The position numbers were made by a program, and so were the translations under genes. A stretch of 60,019 bases of DNA from Bacteroidales bacterium (GTDB lineage Bacteria > Bacteroidota > Bacteroidia > Bacteroidales > VadinHA17): positions 1 through 60,019 of the forward strand of contig JAAYUS010000150.1 in NCBI GenBank assembly GCA_012517605.1, read 5' to 3'. Position 1 is the stretch's first letter; every line of letters begins with the position of its first letter. The notes beneath the pieces were generated by a model. It saw nothing but the letters and a program-made list of their open reading frames with translations, searched no databases and was not told the origin of the DNA. Shown here piece by piece: positions 29,703 to 39,244 of this stretch.

Positions 29703-30320
29703 ATGAATGAATTTGACATCAAAGCAGCAGGATGGGATCTTAATCCCATGCATATAGAGCGTTCAGCAGCTGTAGCAGAACTGATAAGGAAAAGGATACC
29801 CCTTAACAGGTCAATGAGAGCACTGGAATTTGGAGCCGGAACTGGCCTGACCAGCTTCCTGCTTCAGAATGACCTGGGAGAAATTATAATGATGGACAGC
29901 TCCACCGAAATGGTAAGAATAATGACCGAAAAGACAAAAGGAGCTGATGCAAAAAATCTTAAACCTCTGTTTTTCAATCTGGAGAAAAATGACTGGGAAG
30001 ACGAGAAATTTGATCTGATAATGACACAGATGGTTCTTCATCATGTCGATGACATAGAGGGTATTATACTAAAATTCCATAAAATGCTTTCTCCTCATGG
30101 ACATCTGGCTGTTGCTGATCTGTATCCTGAAGACGGATCCTTCCATGGCATGGATTTTTCAGGTCACAGGGGATTTGATCCCGGACAACTTTCAGGCCTT
30201 CTTAAACAACATGGCTACACGAACATTTCACATGAGAAATGCTATGTGATCACCAGGGAAATAACCCAAACCTCAATTAAACAATTTGATATATTTCTGC
30301 TTGTTGCAGAAAGGAATTAA
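29703..30320 (+). CDS. Class I SAM-dependent methyltransferase
   Basis: LEFGAGTG, DSSTEM, FDLIMTQMVLHH, EDGSFH. Confidence 0.85.
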   Translation: MNEFDIKAAGWDLNPMHIERSAAVAELIRKRIPLNRSMRALEFGAGTGLTSFLLQNDLGEIIMMDSSTEMVRIMTEKTKGADAKNLKPLFFNLEKNDWEDEKFDLIMTQMVLHHVDDIEGIILKFHKMLSPHGHLAVADLYPEDGSFHGMDFSGHRGFDPGQLSGLLKQHGYTNISHEKCYVITREITQTSIKQFDIFLLVAERN

Positions 30321-30359
30321 AACTTTTTTTTCGACAATAGTAAAATTACCTTTATAAAG

Positions 30360-30752
30360 ATGATGGAAATTACCTTCGAAGGCGGCAAAGTGGTTACCGC
30401 TCATTCCCACGGACATATAATCAGAACCGATCAGCCTCTCGACAATGGCGGCGGAGATACTGCGCCCTCCCCTTTTGAACTTTATCTTGCATCCATAGGC
30501 ACATGTGCAGGCATATATGTAAAATCATTCTGTGATAACCGGCAAATACCAACCGACAACATTAAAATCATTCAAAAGACCGTCTTCAGTGAAGAAACCG
30601 GACTTCCCACCTCAATAGTAATAGATATCAAGCTTCCTCCTGATTTTCCCGAGAAATATATTGCATCAGTACTGCACGTTGCAGGCTTGTGCAAAGTGAA
30701 GAAATCTATCGCAAATCCTCCGGAATTTGAGATTACTACTTCTTCACTCTGA
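30360..30752 (+). CDS. OsmC/Ohr-family protein
   Basis: TDQP..GG...PSPFELYLASIGTCAG and second Cys in LCKVKK. Confidence 0.85.
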   Translation: MMEITFEGGKVVTAHSHGHIIRTDQPLDNGGGDTAPSPFELYLASIGTCAGIYVKSFCDNRQIPTDNIKIIQKTVFSEETGLPTSIVIDIKLPPDFPEKYIASVLHVAGLCKVKKSIANPPEFEITTSSL

Positions 30753-30771
30753 AACTGAAAAGGCTAAATAA

Positions 30772-32094
30772 TTAAATATACATATTGATAAGCTGTTCAA
30801 GGAGTTCCTGCTTGCCGCTCCTTACCGCAGGTTCTCCGGCTTTCATTGCTATTTCCCTGAGATCTTCCATTTTCAGCCTGCCTGCCTCAAAGTCTTTTCC
30901 GGCACCTTTGTCAAAAGACTCATATCTCTTTTCTTTCATCTTAAGATAATCACTCTCTTTTAATACTTTGTCAGCAATAATAAGAGCCCTTGCAAACGTA
31001 TCCATGCCGCTGATATGGGCAATGAACAGATCTTCAGGATCTGTCGAATTCCTCCTTATATGCGCATCAAAATTTATTCCTCCCGTACTGAACCCTCCTG
31101 CCTGGAGAATTACCATCATTGCTTCAGTAACTTCATAAATATTAGTCGGAAATTCGTCTGTGTCCCAACCGTTCTGATAGTCCCCCTTGTTGGCATCTAT
31201 GCTTCCCAGCAATCCGGCATCAGCAGCCACCTGAAGGTCATGTGCAAATGTATGACCGGCAAGAATTGCATGATTGACCTCGATATTAAGCTTGAAATCC
31301 TTTTCAAGGCCATATTTGTTCAGGAAACCTATCACTGTGGCAGTATCATAATCATATTGATGTTTCATTGGCTCCATGGGTTTGGGCTCAATAAGGAAAG
31401 TGCCTTTGAAACCTTTTTTCCTCCCGTAATCACGGGCTATAGTCAGCATCATACCCATATGTTCGAGCTCCCTTTTCATGTTCGTGTTATGGAGGCTCAT
31501 ATATCCTTCCCGTCCACCCCAGAAAACATAATTCTCGCCTCCCAGAGCGATCGTTGCATCGATGGCATTTTTTAATTGAACTGCAGCATTAGTCACAACT
31601 GCAAAGTCAGGATTTGTTGCAGCTCCGTTCATATACCTTGGATTTGAAAAGAGGTTGGCGGTTCCCCAGAGAAGTTTCACACCTGTTTGTTCCTGTAATT
31701 TCTTCATAACGGGGACAAACTTTTCAAGACGTTTCTCGATATCAAAAACCGATCCGTCACCTCCTACGACATCCACATCATGAAAACAATAGTAGGGAGC
31801 GCCGATCTTTGTTATAAATTCAAAAGCAGCTTCCAGCCTCTGCTGAATCCGGTCATTCTCCGGCAAATCCTTCCATGGGTAAAGATGTGTGGCATTTCCG
31901 AACTGATCGGTTCCGTCACCGCAGAATGAATGCCAGTAAGCCACCGCAAACCGAAGATGTTCTTTCATGGTTTTCCCGGAAACTACCTGATCGGGATTAT
32001 ACCATCTGAATGCAAGAGGATTCTTTGATTCCTTTCCTTCGTAGCTGATCTTCCCTATGCCGGGATATGCTTCTTTTGTACCTTTGTAAATCAT
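30772..32094 (-). CDS. xylA: Xylose isomerase (class II)
   Basis: [43 protein letters not shown]. Confidence 0.97.
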   Translation of the reverse strand: MIYKGTKEAYPGIGKISYEGKESKNPLAFRWYNPDQVVSGKTMKEHLRFAVAYWHSFCGDGTDQFGNATHLYPWKDLPENDRIQQRLEAAFEFITKIGAPYYCFHDVDVVGGDGSVFDIEKRLEKFVPVMKKLQEQTGVKLLWGTANLFSNPRYMNGAATNPDFAVVTNAAVQLKNAIDATIALGGENYVFWGGREGYMSLHNTNMKRELEHMGMMLTIARDYGRKKGFKGTFLIEPKPMEPMKHQYDYDTATVIGFLNKYGLEKDFKLNIEVNHAILAGHTFAHDLQVAADAGLLGSIDANKGDYQNGWDTDEFPTNIYEVTEAMMVILQAGGFSTGGINFDAHIRRNSTDPEDLFIAHISGMDTFARALIIADKVLKESDYLKMKEKRYESFDKGAGKDFEAGRLKMEDLREIAMKAGEPAVRSGKQELLEQLINMYI

Positions 32095-32167
32095 ATCAGT
32101 AATTTTTTAAGTTATGTGATGTCTCAAAATCAGGAAATATTTTTTGAAGTAATATGGTTTTAAAGTC

Positions 32168-33646
32168 TCATACAGATTTCAGAAGCTCTACCCATCTAAG
32201 AAATGCTTCTTCATATGCTCCAGCTTTTGATTTGTCGGGATCTGTCTCACCAACTGCCGTAAGTCCGGCAAATGCTTCCTTTTCCGATTTATAATAATTG
32301 CAGCCAATTCCTGCACCCCTGGCTGCACCCACTGATCCGTCAGTGTTATAAAGATGGATGGAAACTCCTGTAATGCATGATAAAGCCTCCCTGAATACAG
32401 GACTGAGAAACATGTTTGCCCTGCCGGCCCTGATCACTTTCGGGTTTATACCTGTTCCCCTCATAATATCGAGGCCATACCTGAATGAAAAAGCAATGCC
32501 CTCCTGTGCAGCTCTGTAGAGATGGGCATCTGATGTAATATTGAAGCTGATACCTTTTATCATACATCCTACATCCCTATTCAGAAGCATCCTTTCTGCT
32601 CCGTTCCCGAAAGGAAGAACCGACAACCCGTCAGATCCTGGCTTAACATCAGAGGCAACAGTGTTCATATCATCATATGACAAACGGCTGCCTGTGTTCT
32701 TTTTCAGCCATGAATTCAAAATGCCGGTGCCGTTAATGCAAAGAAGGACACCAAGCCGCTGCTTCTCCTGCGAATGATTCACGTGAAGGAAGGTATTTAC
32801 TCGTGATTCGGGATCGTATTTCCGCTGATCGGTAACACCATAAATAACTCCCGATGTTCCTGCCGTTGCAGCAACTTCACCGGGATCAAGCACATTGAGT
32901 GAAAGTGCATTGTTAGGCTGATCTCCTGCCCTGTATGAAACCGGAATCCCGGCAGGTAGCCCAAGTTCTGATGCAACTTCTTTCAACAGGATTCCCTGTA
33001 CCGAGAATGACGGTTCCGGTTCAGGTATCTTATCCCTTTCAATGGAGAAGAAATCAAGTACCCTCTCCGACAGCCTGTTATCAGCGAAATCCCAGAAAAT
33101 CCCCTCCGAAAGTCCTGTGAAAGATGTAACAATTCTGCCAGTCATCTTCATGGCAATAAAATCTCCAGGCAACATGATCTTATGGATCCTGTTGTATATT
33201 TCAGGCTCATTTTCTTTAATCCAGGCAAGCTTGGAGGCAGTAAAGTTGCCAGGCGAATTAAGAAGGCGGGAGAGGCAGAAATCAACTCCCATTCCCCGGA
33301 ATGCCGATTCACCAATACCTACAGCCCTGCTGTCGCACCAGATTATTGATGGCCGCAGTATATTATGCCCTTTATCAACTGCAACAAGTCCGTGCATCTG
33401 ATAAGAGATGCCGATGGCACCAATATCTGACTTTTTTGCCCCCAGTTGAAGGTTGCATTCTGAAATTGCAGCCTTCAGGTTCAGCCACCATGCATCCGGA
33501 TCCTGTTCGGCCCAGCCGGGCTTCACTGCAATAATCGGCATTTCTTCCTTTGGATGAAATGCCGATGCCACCAGGTTTCCGGTATCGCTGTCTATTACGG
33601 ATACTTTTACTGAAGAACTGCCCAGATCTATTCCGAGAAGATACAT
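32168..33646 (-). CDS. xylB: Xylulokinase (FGGY family)
   Basis: GIDLGSSSVK, ISYQMHG, WCDSRA, PGNFTASKL, AGDQPNNA; adjacent to xylA. Confidence 0.9.
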   Translation of the reverse strand: MYLLGIDLGSSSVKVSVIDSDTGNLVASAFHPKEEMPIIAVKPGWAEQDPDAWWLNLKAAISECNLQLGAKKSDIGAIGISYQMHGLVAVDKGHNILRPSIIWCDSRAVGIGESAFRGMGVDFCLSRLLNSPGNFTASKLAWIKENEPEIYNRIHKIMLPGDFIAMKMTGRIVTSFTGLSEGIFWDFADNRLSERVLDFFSIERDKIPEPEPSFSVQGILLKEVASELGLPAGIPVSYRAGDQPNNALSLNVLDPGEVAATAGTSGVIYGVTDQRKYDPESRVNTFLHVNHSQEKQRLGVLLCINGTGILNSWLKKNTGSRLSYDDMNTVASDVKPGSDGLSVLPFGNGAERMLLNRDVGCMIKGISFNITSDAHLYRAAQEGIAFSFRYGLDIMRGTGINPKVIRAGRANMFLSPVFREALSCITGVSIHLYNTDGSVGAARGAGIGCNYYKSEKEAFAGLTAVGETDPDKSKAGAYEEAFLRWVELLKSV

Positions 33647-33753
33647 AAATCCTGTTTTTATCCGGTTATTATAGAAATCTGAATCATTAACTCTGCATAA
33701 AATCCGAGAATCTTAAATTTCCTGATCCTCCATAAATTATAATTACAGGCACA

Positions 33754-33774
33754 TTGTATAATTAAACAAATATA
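33754..33774 (-). promoter_or_regulatory. Putative xylBA promoter -7 box overlapping a 16-bp palindrome
   Basis: Minus-strand TATATTTG (33774-33767); TTGTATAATTAAACAA (33754-33769), 7 of 8 pairs symmetric. Confidence 0.45.
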
Positions 33775-33891
33775 AAATAAAATACCGCAATCCGGAACGA
33801 TCAGTATCTATAGAACTGTTGTCTGAATGAATAACAATAAAAACAGGAAGGCAATGCAAATTTTTATTAATTTAACATCGCTTCAAAAGAA

Positions 33892-35283
33892 ATGCATTAT
33901 AAAATGAAAAGAAGAAAGTTCATAAAGGACACAGTTACTGCTGCTGCAGGCAGTATAATAGTTCCGACAATAATCCCTGCATCAGTAATCGGGAAAAATC
34001 CTCCAAGTGATAAAATAAATATCGGACAGATCGGATTCGGGAGAATTGCGATGACCCACGACCTTCAGGATACATTGCCATTTGATGTGGCGAGAGTTGT
34101 TGCAGTTGCTGATTTTGACTCAAAAAGACTTGCTTCAGGGAAAAAGTTTATAGAGGGATTTTACGCTAAAAAAAACGGGAAGGCTGATTATGTCAATGTT
34201 AAAACATATGGAGACTATCGGGCGATAATCGCCGACAAAGGCATTGATGCAGTGATAATTTCAACACCCGACCACTGGCACGCCCAGCCCGCGATTGAGG
34301 CTGCGCTTGCAGGAAAGGCAATTTATCTTCAGAAACCTACATCGCTTACTATCGCTGAAGGCAGACTGCTGAGTGATGTTGTCAGGAAGAAAGGCGTAAT
34401 CCTTCAGGTAGGTACCCAGCAGAGATCATCGCCACAGTTCAGGATCGCTGCAGAACTAGTACGCAATGGCAGGATAGGAAAACTTGAAACTGTCAAGATT
34501 GGCCTTCCCGGCGATCCTTCAGGACCGGAGGCTCCAAGACAGCCTGTACCACCTAACCTGAATTACGATGCATGGCTGGGCTCGACACCCGAAGTATATT
34601 ATACGGAAATGCGCGTTCATCCTCAGAACAGCCTCACCGACCGTCCGGGATGGCTCAGATGTGAACAGTTCGGAGCAGGGATGATAACCGGGTGGGGCCA
34701 GCATCATTTCGATTCGGCAGCCTGGGGCATGGATACTGAACTTACAGGCCCTGTATCGGTGGAGGCTGTTGCCCAGTTCCCGAAATCAGGACTGTGGGAT
34801 GTACATGGAGATTTTATGTCAAAAGCAGAATATAGAAATGGAGTTACCATGTTAACAAGTGGCGGTTATCCCAACGGCATACGTTATGAAGGCACCGATG
34901 GCTGGATCTTTGTTACCAGGGGAGATTACAGGGCTTCACCAAGTGATCCCCTGCCTGCAGGCCAGGCATCAAAAGCCCTTGAAGCAAGCGATCCGAAGAT
35001 ACTGACATCAGTTATCGGACCCAATGAGATACATCTCTATGAAAGCACGGATCAGCATGGCAACTGGCTCGATTGCATAAAGTCGGGAAAAGAACCTGTC
35101 TCGCCTGTTGAAATTGGTCACAGGGCATGTACTGTTTGTCTCATCACCCACATTGCAATGAAACTCGGAAGAAGGCTCGAATGGGATCCTGACACAGAAA
35201 AGTTCATTAACGATCCTGAAGCCAATAGCATGCTTTCAAGACCACAAAGAGCACCTTACGGAACAAATTTTATCAAATTCTGA
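33892..35283 (+). CDS. Tat-exported Gfo/Idh/MocA oxidoreductase (start may be 33904)
   Basis: KRRKFIK twin-arginine signal, IGFGRIA, STPDHWH, LQKP, QVGTQQRS, WGQHHFD. Confidence 0.9.
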   Translation: MHYKMKRRKFIKDTVTAAAGSIIVPTIIPASVIGKNPPSDKINIGQIGFGRIAMTHDLQDTLPFDVARVVAVADFDSKRLASGKKFIEGFYAKKNGKADYVNVKTYGDYRAIIADKGIDAVIISTPDHWHAQPAIEAALAGKAIYLQKPTSLTIAEGRLLSDVVRKKGVILQVGTQQRSSPQFRIAAELVRNGRIGKLETVKIGLPGDPSGPEAPRQPVPPNLNYDAWLGSTPEVYYTEMRVHPQNSLTDRPGWLRCEQFGAGMITGWGQHHFDSAAWGMDTELTGPVSVEAVAQFPKSGLWDVHGDFMSKAEYRNGVTMLTSGGYPNGIRYEGTDGWIFVTRGDYRASPSDPLPAGQASKALEASDPKILTSVIGPNEIHLYESTDQHGNWLDCIKSGKEPVSPVEIGHRACTVCLITHIAMKLGRRLEWDPDTEKFINDPEANSMLSRPQRAPYGTNFIKF

Positions 35284-35294
35284 CAGGTCAGAAA

Positions 35295-36197
35295 ATGAAA
35301 ACAAGTCTGAGATTCACTTTACTGGCCCTTGCAGGTTTGCTGGCCCCCTATTCCTTGTACAGTGCAAAGATAATCGCCGAAAAAAACGGGTCCAGAATCA
35401 ACATTACCATCGATGGTAAATTTTTCACGAGTTATGTTTTTTCGCAGGATGAGAAATATCCTTTCTTCTTCCCGGTAAATGGACCTGCATCCGGAGGGTC
35501 TGTAACTTCAATGCGAAATGCCGAATATCCTCACCATAGTTCCCTCTTCTTTGGGTGCGATATGGTAAATGGCGGCAATTACTGGCAGGAAGGCCTTGAA
35601 AGGGGAAGGATAATTTCTGTAAATGCCTGTATAGAAAAACAGGGAGGAGATTCGGCAGTGATCACGGATGAATGCATCTGGAGCCGTCCCGGAGCATTAT
35701 CGCCTGTAAAGGATACCCGTATATTTACAATTACCGCACCTTCGAATGTTGTTTATCAGATCGATGTGGACATAACTCTTGAAATGCTTGCTGATGTCCA
35801 TATTAAAAAGACAAATCATTCTCTTTTCAGCGCAAGACTGGCTGCCGATCTGTCAGTAAATAACGGGGGGACCATGATAAATGCCGAAAACATGAAAGGA
35901 GAAAAGGATACCTTCGGCAAAAAATCTTCGTGGATAGATTATTACGGTAAAAGAGGTCCTGTAACTGAAGGCCTTGCGATAATGGAGCATCCTTCCAACC
36001 CCTGGTATCCTTCACCATGGTTTACAAGGGACTATGGCTTCATCTCGCCTACGCCCATGTACTGGCCTGAGAACAGCGATGAGATCTTTATAAAGGAAGG
36101 TACAAAGCTGAGACTGAGGTACAGGGTTCTGGTTCATTCAGGCAGCCATGTTGAGGCCGGGATAGCAGAAGCTTTCGAAAAGTACAGGTCAGAATAA
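35295..36197 (+). CDS. PmoA-like (DUF6807-type) secreted protein, not a methane monooxygenase
   Basis: Signal peptide; KYPFFFPV, YPHHSSLFF, WIDYYG, HPSN, WFTRDYG. Confidence 0.7.
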   Translation: MKTSLRFTLLALAGLLAPYSLYSAKIIAEKNGSRINITIDGKFFTSYVFSQDEKYPFFFPVNGPASGGSVTSMRNAEYPHHSSLFFGCDMVNGGNYWQEGLERGRIISVNACIEKQGGDSAVITDECIWSRPGALSPVKDTRIFTITAPSNVVYQIDVDITLEMLADVHIKKTNHSLFSARLAADLSVNNGGTMINAENMKGEKDTFGKKSSWIDYYGKRGPVTEGLAIMEHPSNPWYPSPWFTRDYGFISPTPMYWPENSDEIFIKEGTKLRLRYRVLVHSGSHVEAGIAEAFEKYRSE

Positions 36198-36216
36198 AAA
36201 GTACCAGCCTGCCATC

Positions 36217-36906
36217 TTACCTGATTTTTCTGTAAATGCAGTCTTTCATATCGCAAAGTCCGCATGTATATTTGTTGAATCTGACCTCCCTGCCAATTCC
36301 GATGAAGCCGCTTACAGATTTTTCGGGACTCATAAGGGCGGAGGAATTAACCGTAATGCCGCAGAAATTGTCTTTCATCAGGTGAAACAACTTATGCTGT
36401 TCATCCACATTCCAGTCGCAATATCCGGGACTGTACCGGTTTGTTATCCTAAGCCCTTCCATTTCAGCAGCCATCTTCAGCTTTTCCTGCATCAGGGCTG
36501 AAGCGCCGTCAGCTGCTTCACTTCCTATGACATCATAGATATATCCCTGAAGCAGATCTCCGTCTTTCATGGCTTTGCGGCTCATCTCGCCAATCTTCTC
36601 ACCGGCAGTTGATAGAAATACAGCCATGGATTCAGATTTCCGCAGCTGGCCGAAAACTATTTTCTTCAGACTGAACTCCAGTCCGGCTATTTTCACTGAT
36701 TTTTCTGAAGGATTGAACTCAATGCCTGAAAAGATCCTGTATTCTGCCTTCAGTTCACAAAATGATTCTGCATCAATAAGTGCTCCGGCAATAAGATCAG
36801 AGATTGCCTCATGCGATTCTCCTTCCCTGTACCCCATTACCATTTCTATCTGGCGTACATCCAGATTAAGATCCGAAAATTCGAATTTAAATGTTGAATC
36901 ATTCAT
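36217..36906 (-). CDS. Stand-alone B12-dependent methionine synthase activation-domain-like protein
   Basis: RYSPGYCDW, LMSPEKSVSG, C-terminal CGLCDMKDC. Confidence 0.8.
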   Translation of the reverse strand: MNDSTFKFEFSDLNLDVRQIEMVMGYREGESHEAISDLIAGALIDAESFCELKAEYRIFSGIEFNPSEKSVKIAGLEFSLKKIVFGQLRKSESMAVFLSTAGEKIGEMSRKAMKDGDLLQGYIYDVIGSEAADGASALMQEKLKMAAEMEGLRITNRYSPGYCDWNVDEQHKLFHLMKDNFCGITVNSSALMSPEKSVSGFIGIGREVRFNKYTCGLCDMKDCIYRKIR

Positions 36907-36942
36907 CAATGTCCTTTTAGATTTCCATGTACACCTGTTTCC

Positions 36943-38397
36943 TTAAAAAACAGATTGGGGATCAAGTCCCGATTCTTTTATTATTCTCCCGACGACAGTC
37001 TCCCACCCAAGAGTCATAAGGTGAATGCCATTTATACCCTTCTTATGCCTTATGGATTCAATTGTTTCCAGAGTTATCTGAATCCCTTCCTCTTCAGCCC
37101 TGTCCCCGGCATTTTCCATTCTTTCGAGAATTTTCGGAGGCAAGTAAACTCCGGGTACTTTCTGATGAAGGTGCAAGGCAGCTTTATAACTTCTCAAAGG
37201 GACCATGCCAATCAGAATGTATACATTTTCAAGGACTCCTCTTTTTTCGAGTTGTTCAAGCCATGGATCGAGCCGTTCAGGCTCAAACACAATGTTGGTC
37301 TGGAAAAACTGGGCCCCTGCATTCACTTTTTTCTGGTCCTTTATTGCCTGAAGTTCAGGTTTCATGGCGAATGGCGTAGTAGCTGCCCCCAGGAAAAATT
37401 TCGGAGGTGATTTGATCTTACGCCCGTCGAGGTAGATCCCCTCATCCCTCATTCTCCTGAGGATCCACAGCATCTGAACCGAATCGAGATCAAGAATGTT
37501 CATGTTGCTTGTCGGAAGCGGTCCTGCCATTGAGCTGTCTCCTGACACGCACAGGATGTTCCTGATGCCCAGCTGCCCGGCCCCGATAACAACCGATTGA
37601 AGTCCGGTCCGAGTTGTATCCCTTGCGGCAATCTGGAATACAGCTTCAGCATCCAGTTCGGCAGCAACCTTGCAGCATGCTGAAGCTGACATCCGCGGTA
37701 TCCCCGAGGCTGCATCAGTAAAGTTAATAGCAGTTACATAAGGTTTTACAAGTTCAATATCCCTTCTGAGTTTCTGGGAATCAGCTCCAACAGGAGGCGT
37801 CACTTCGGTTGCCACAACGAACCTGCCATTTTTTAATCTGCGTTCAAGTTCTGAAGCCGGGTCGGAATATGATGGAGGATGATATTCAGGATCTCCCATC
37901 CACCATTCCGGCTGACGGATAGTTTTGAACACAGAATCCCATATCTCCTGTTTTTTGGTGGTATCCTTCAAAAAAAACGAGCCGAGGAATCTTCCTGTTC
38001 CTGTTTTACGGACCTGCGACACAACGCCTGCCCATGTCTCGGTTCCTGCTTTGCTCCAGTCGACAGGAGGAAGCACCTCGAGAAGTGTCTTTTCCCTTCC
38101 TGTTCTCACTGCTCTTTCGTAAATAGCATTCCAGATGCATTTTCTTGACTCATCCACATAACATCTCTTGTCAGGCGTAACACTTCCGCACGGGCCATTG
38201 CGCATCCCCTTCGGGCATTCCATGGGGCAGATAAAAGCTGTCTCCTGAAGAAGACAGTTACCGCACATCCGGCATCCGAACAACGGACCCTTGATCATGA
38301 TTTCAATACCCGCAAGGAGACGTCTCCCGAAGGATTCCCTTCTGAAAGGATAAAAGGCTGGCTGCCATCGGCGGGCAGGTTTTAGACCAAATGCCAT
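36943..38397 (-). CDS. Methylenetetrahydrofolate reductase, MetV (Cys-rich)-MetF fusion
   Basis: N-terminal CRMCGNC...CPMECPKGMRNGPCG...C...CIW; C-terminal EVTPP, NFTD, ARD, NILCVSGD, KKVNAGAQFFQT, GIHLM; ATG at 38397 lies 4 nt after the upstream stop. Confidence 0.85.
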   Translation of the reverse strand: MAFGLKPARRWQPAFYPFRRESFGRRLLAGIEIMIKGPLFGCRMCGNCLLQETAFICPMECPKGMRNGPCGSVTPDKRCYVDESRKCIWNAIYERAVRTGREKTLLEVLPPVDWSKAGTETWAGVVSQVRKTGTGRFLGSFFLKDTTKKQEIWDSVFKTIRQPEWWMGDPEYHPPSYSDPASELERRLKNGRFVVATEVTPPVGADSQKLRRDIELVKPYVTAINFTDAASGIPRMSASACCKVAAELDAEAVFQIAARDTTRTGLQSVVIGAGQLGIRNILCVSGDSSMAGPLPTSNMNILDLDSVQMLWILRRMRDEGIYLDGRKIKSPPKFFLGAATTPFAMKPELQAIKDQKKVNAGAQFFQTNIVFEPERLDPWLEQLEKRGVLENVYILIGMVPLRSYKAALHLHQKVPGVYLPPKILERMENAGDRAEEEGIQITLETIESIRHKKGINGIHLMTLGWETVVGRIIKESGLDPQSVF

Positions 38398-38401
38398 CCG
38401 G

Positions 38402-39241
38402 CTAAGTCCTGCTTTGAAAATATTCAACGAATCTTACTGCATAATCATCACGCCCGAGAACCAGATCAGTTGCACGGACGGCAGCTGTAATTTTCTCAGG
38501 ATTGGCGATGGGACATGTAAGGCCGCAATAAACTGCCAGTGTGAGGAAAGCAGCATTAAGCGACTCCCTGTCGGGCAGTCCGAAAGAAATGTTACTGGAT
38601 CCCATTGTAATATTATGGCCAAGATCCGACCTGATAAGCCTGATCGTATCAAGTGTCACCAGGCAGGCACGCGGGTCAGCAGAAACAGCCATTGCTACCG
38701 GATCAACAATTATATCCTCCGGTTTAATTCCCGACTTCAGGGCTCTTCCTATAATAGTTGCGGCGATGTTCTTCCTTTTGACCGGATCATCTGAAATACC
38801 ATTTTCGTCAATGCACAATGCTATTATTGCTGCTCCGTATTCCGAGGCAACAGGAAGAAGCGAGTTAAAAGATGATTCATTGCCGTTAACCGAGTTGATA
38901 AGGCATTTGCCTTTTGCGGTTTTAAGGGCAGCTTTGATGGCTGCCGGATTGGGCGAATCGAGGCACAACGGAACGTCAAAACAGTCCTGTACTGCCTTTA
39001 CAACTTCCGGGAGCAGCTTTTCATCATCAACGCCTGGAAAACCGACGTTAATATCCAGTATATCGGCACCTGCTGCGATCTGGCTGCGTGCAAGTTCAAG
39101 AACGGGGTTGAAGTCGTTCTCCTGAAGTGCAGATGCAAGCTTTTTTCTTCTTGTGGGATTTATCGATTCACCAATAATCACTACCGGCCCTTCAGTATCG
39201 ATCACCACTTCTTTTGCCGTTCCGGAGAGAATTGTCCTCAT
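38402..39241 (-). CDS. Pterin-binding methyltetrahydrofolate:corrinoid methyltransferase (AcsE/MetH folate-domain-like)
   Basis: IIGESINPT, LDINVG, LDS, INSVN, VDP, GSSNISFGLP. Confidence 0.85.
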   Translation of the reverse strand: MRTILSGTAKEVVIDTEGPVVIIGESINPTRRKKLASALQENDFNPVLELARSQIAAGADILDINVGFPGVDDEKLLPEVVKAVQDCFDVPLCLDSPNPAAIKAALKTAKGKCLINSVNGNESSFNSLLPVASEYGAAIIALCIDENGISDDPVKRKNIAATIIGRALKSGIKPEDIIVDPVAMAVSADPRACLVTLDTIRLIRSDLGHNITMGSSNISFGLPDRESLNAAFLTLAVYCGLTCPIANPEKITAAVRATDLVLGRDDYAVRFVEYFQSRT

Positions 39242-39244
39242 CTT

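Noticed and set aside
35295-36197. Methane monooxygenase (from the PmoA family name)
   Set aside because: A soluble exported protein without TM helices or pmoB/pmoC; the family name is misleading
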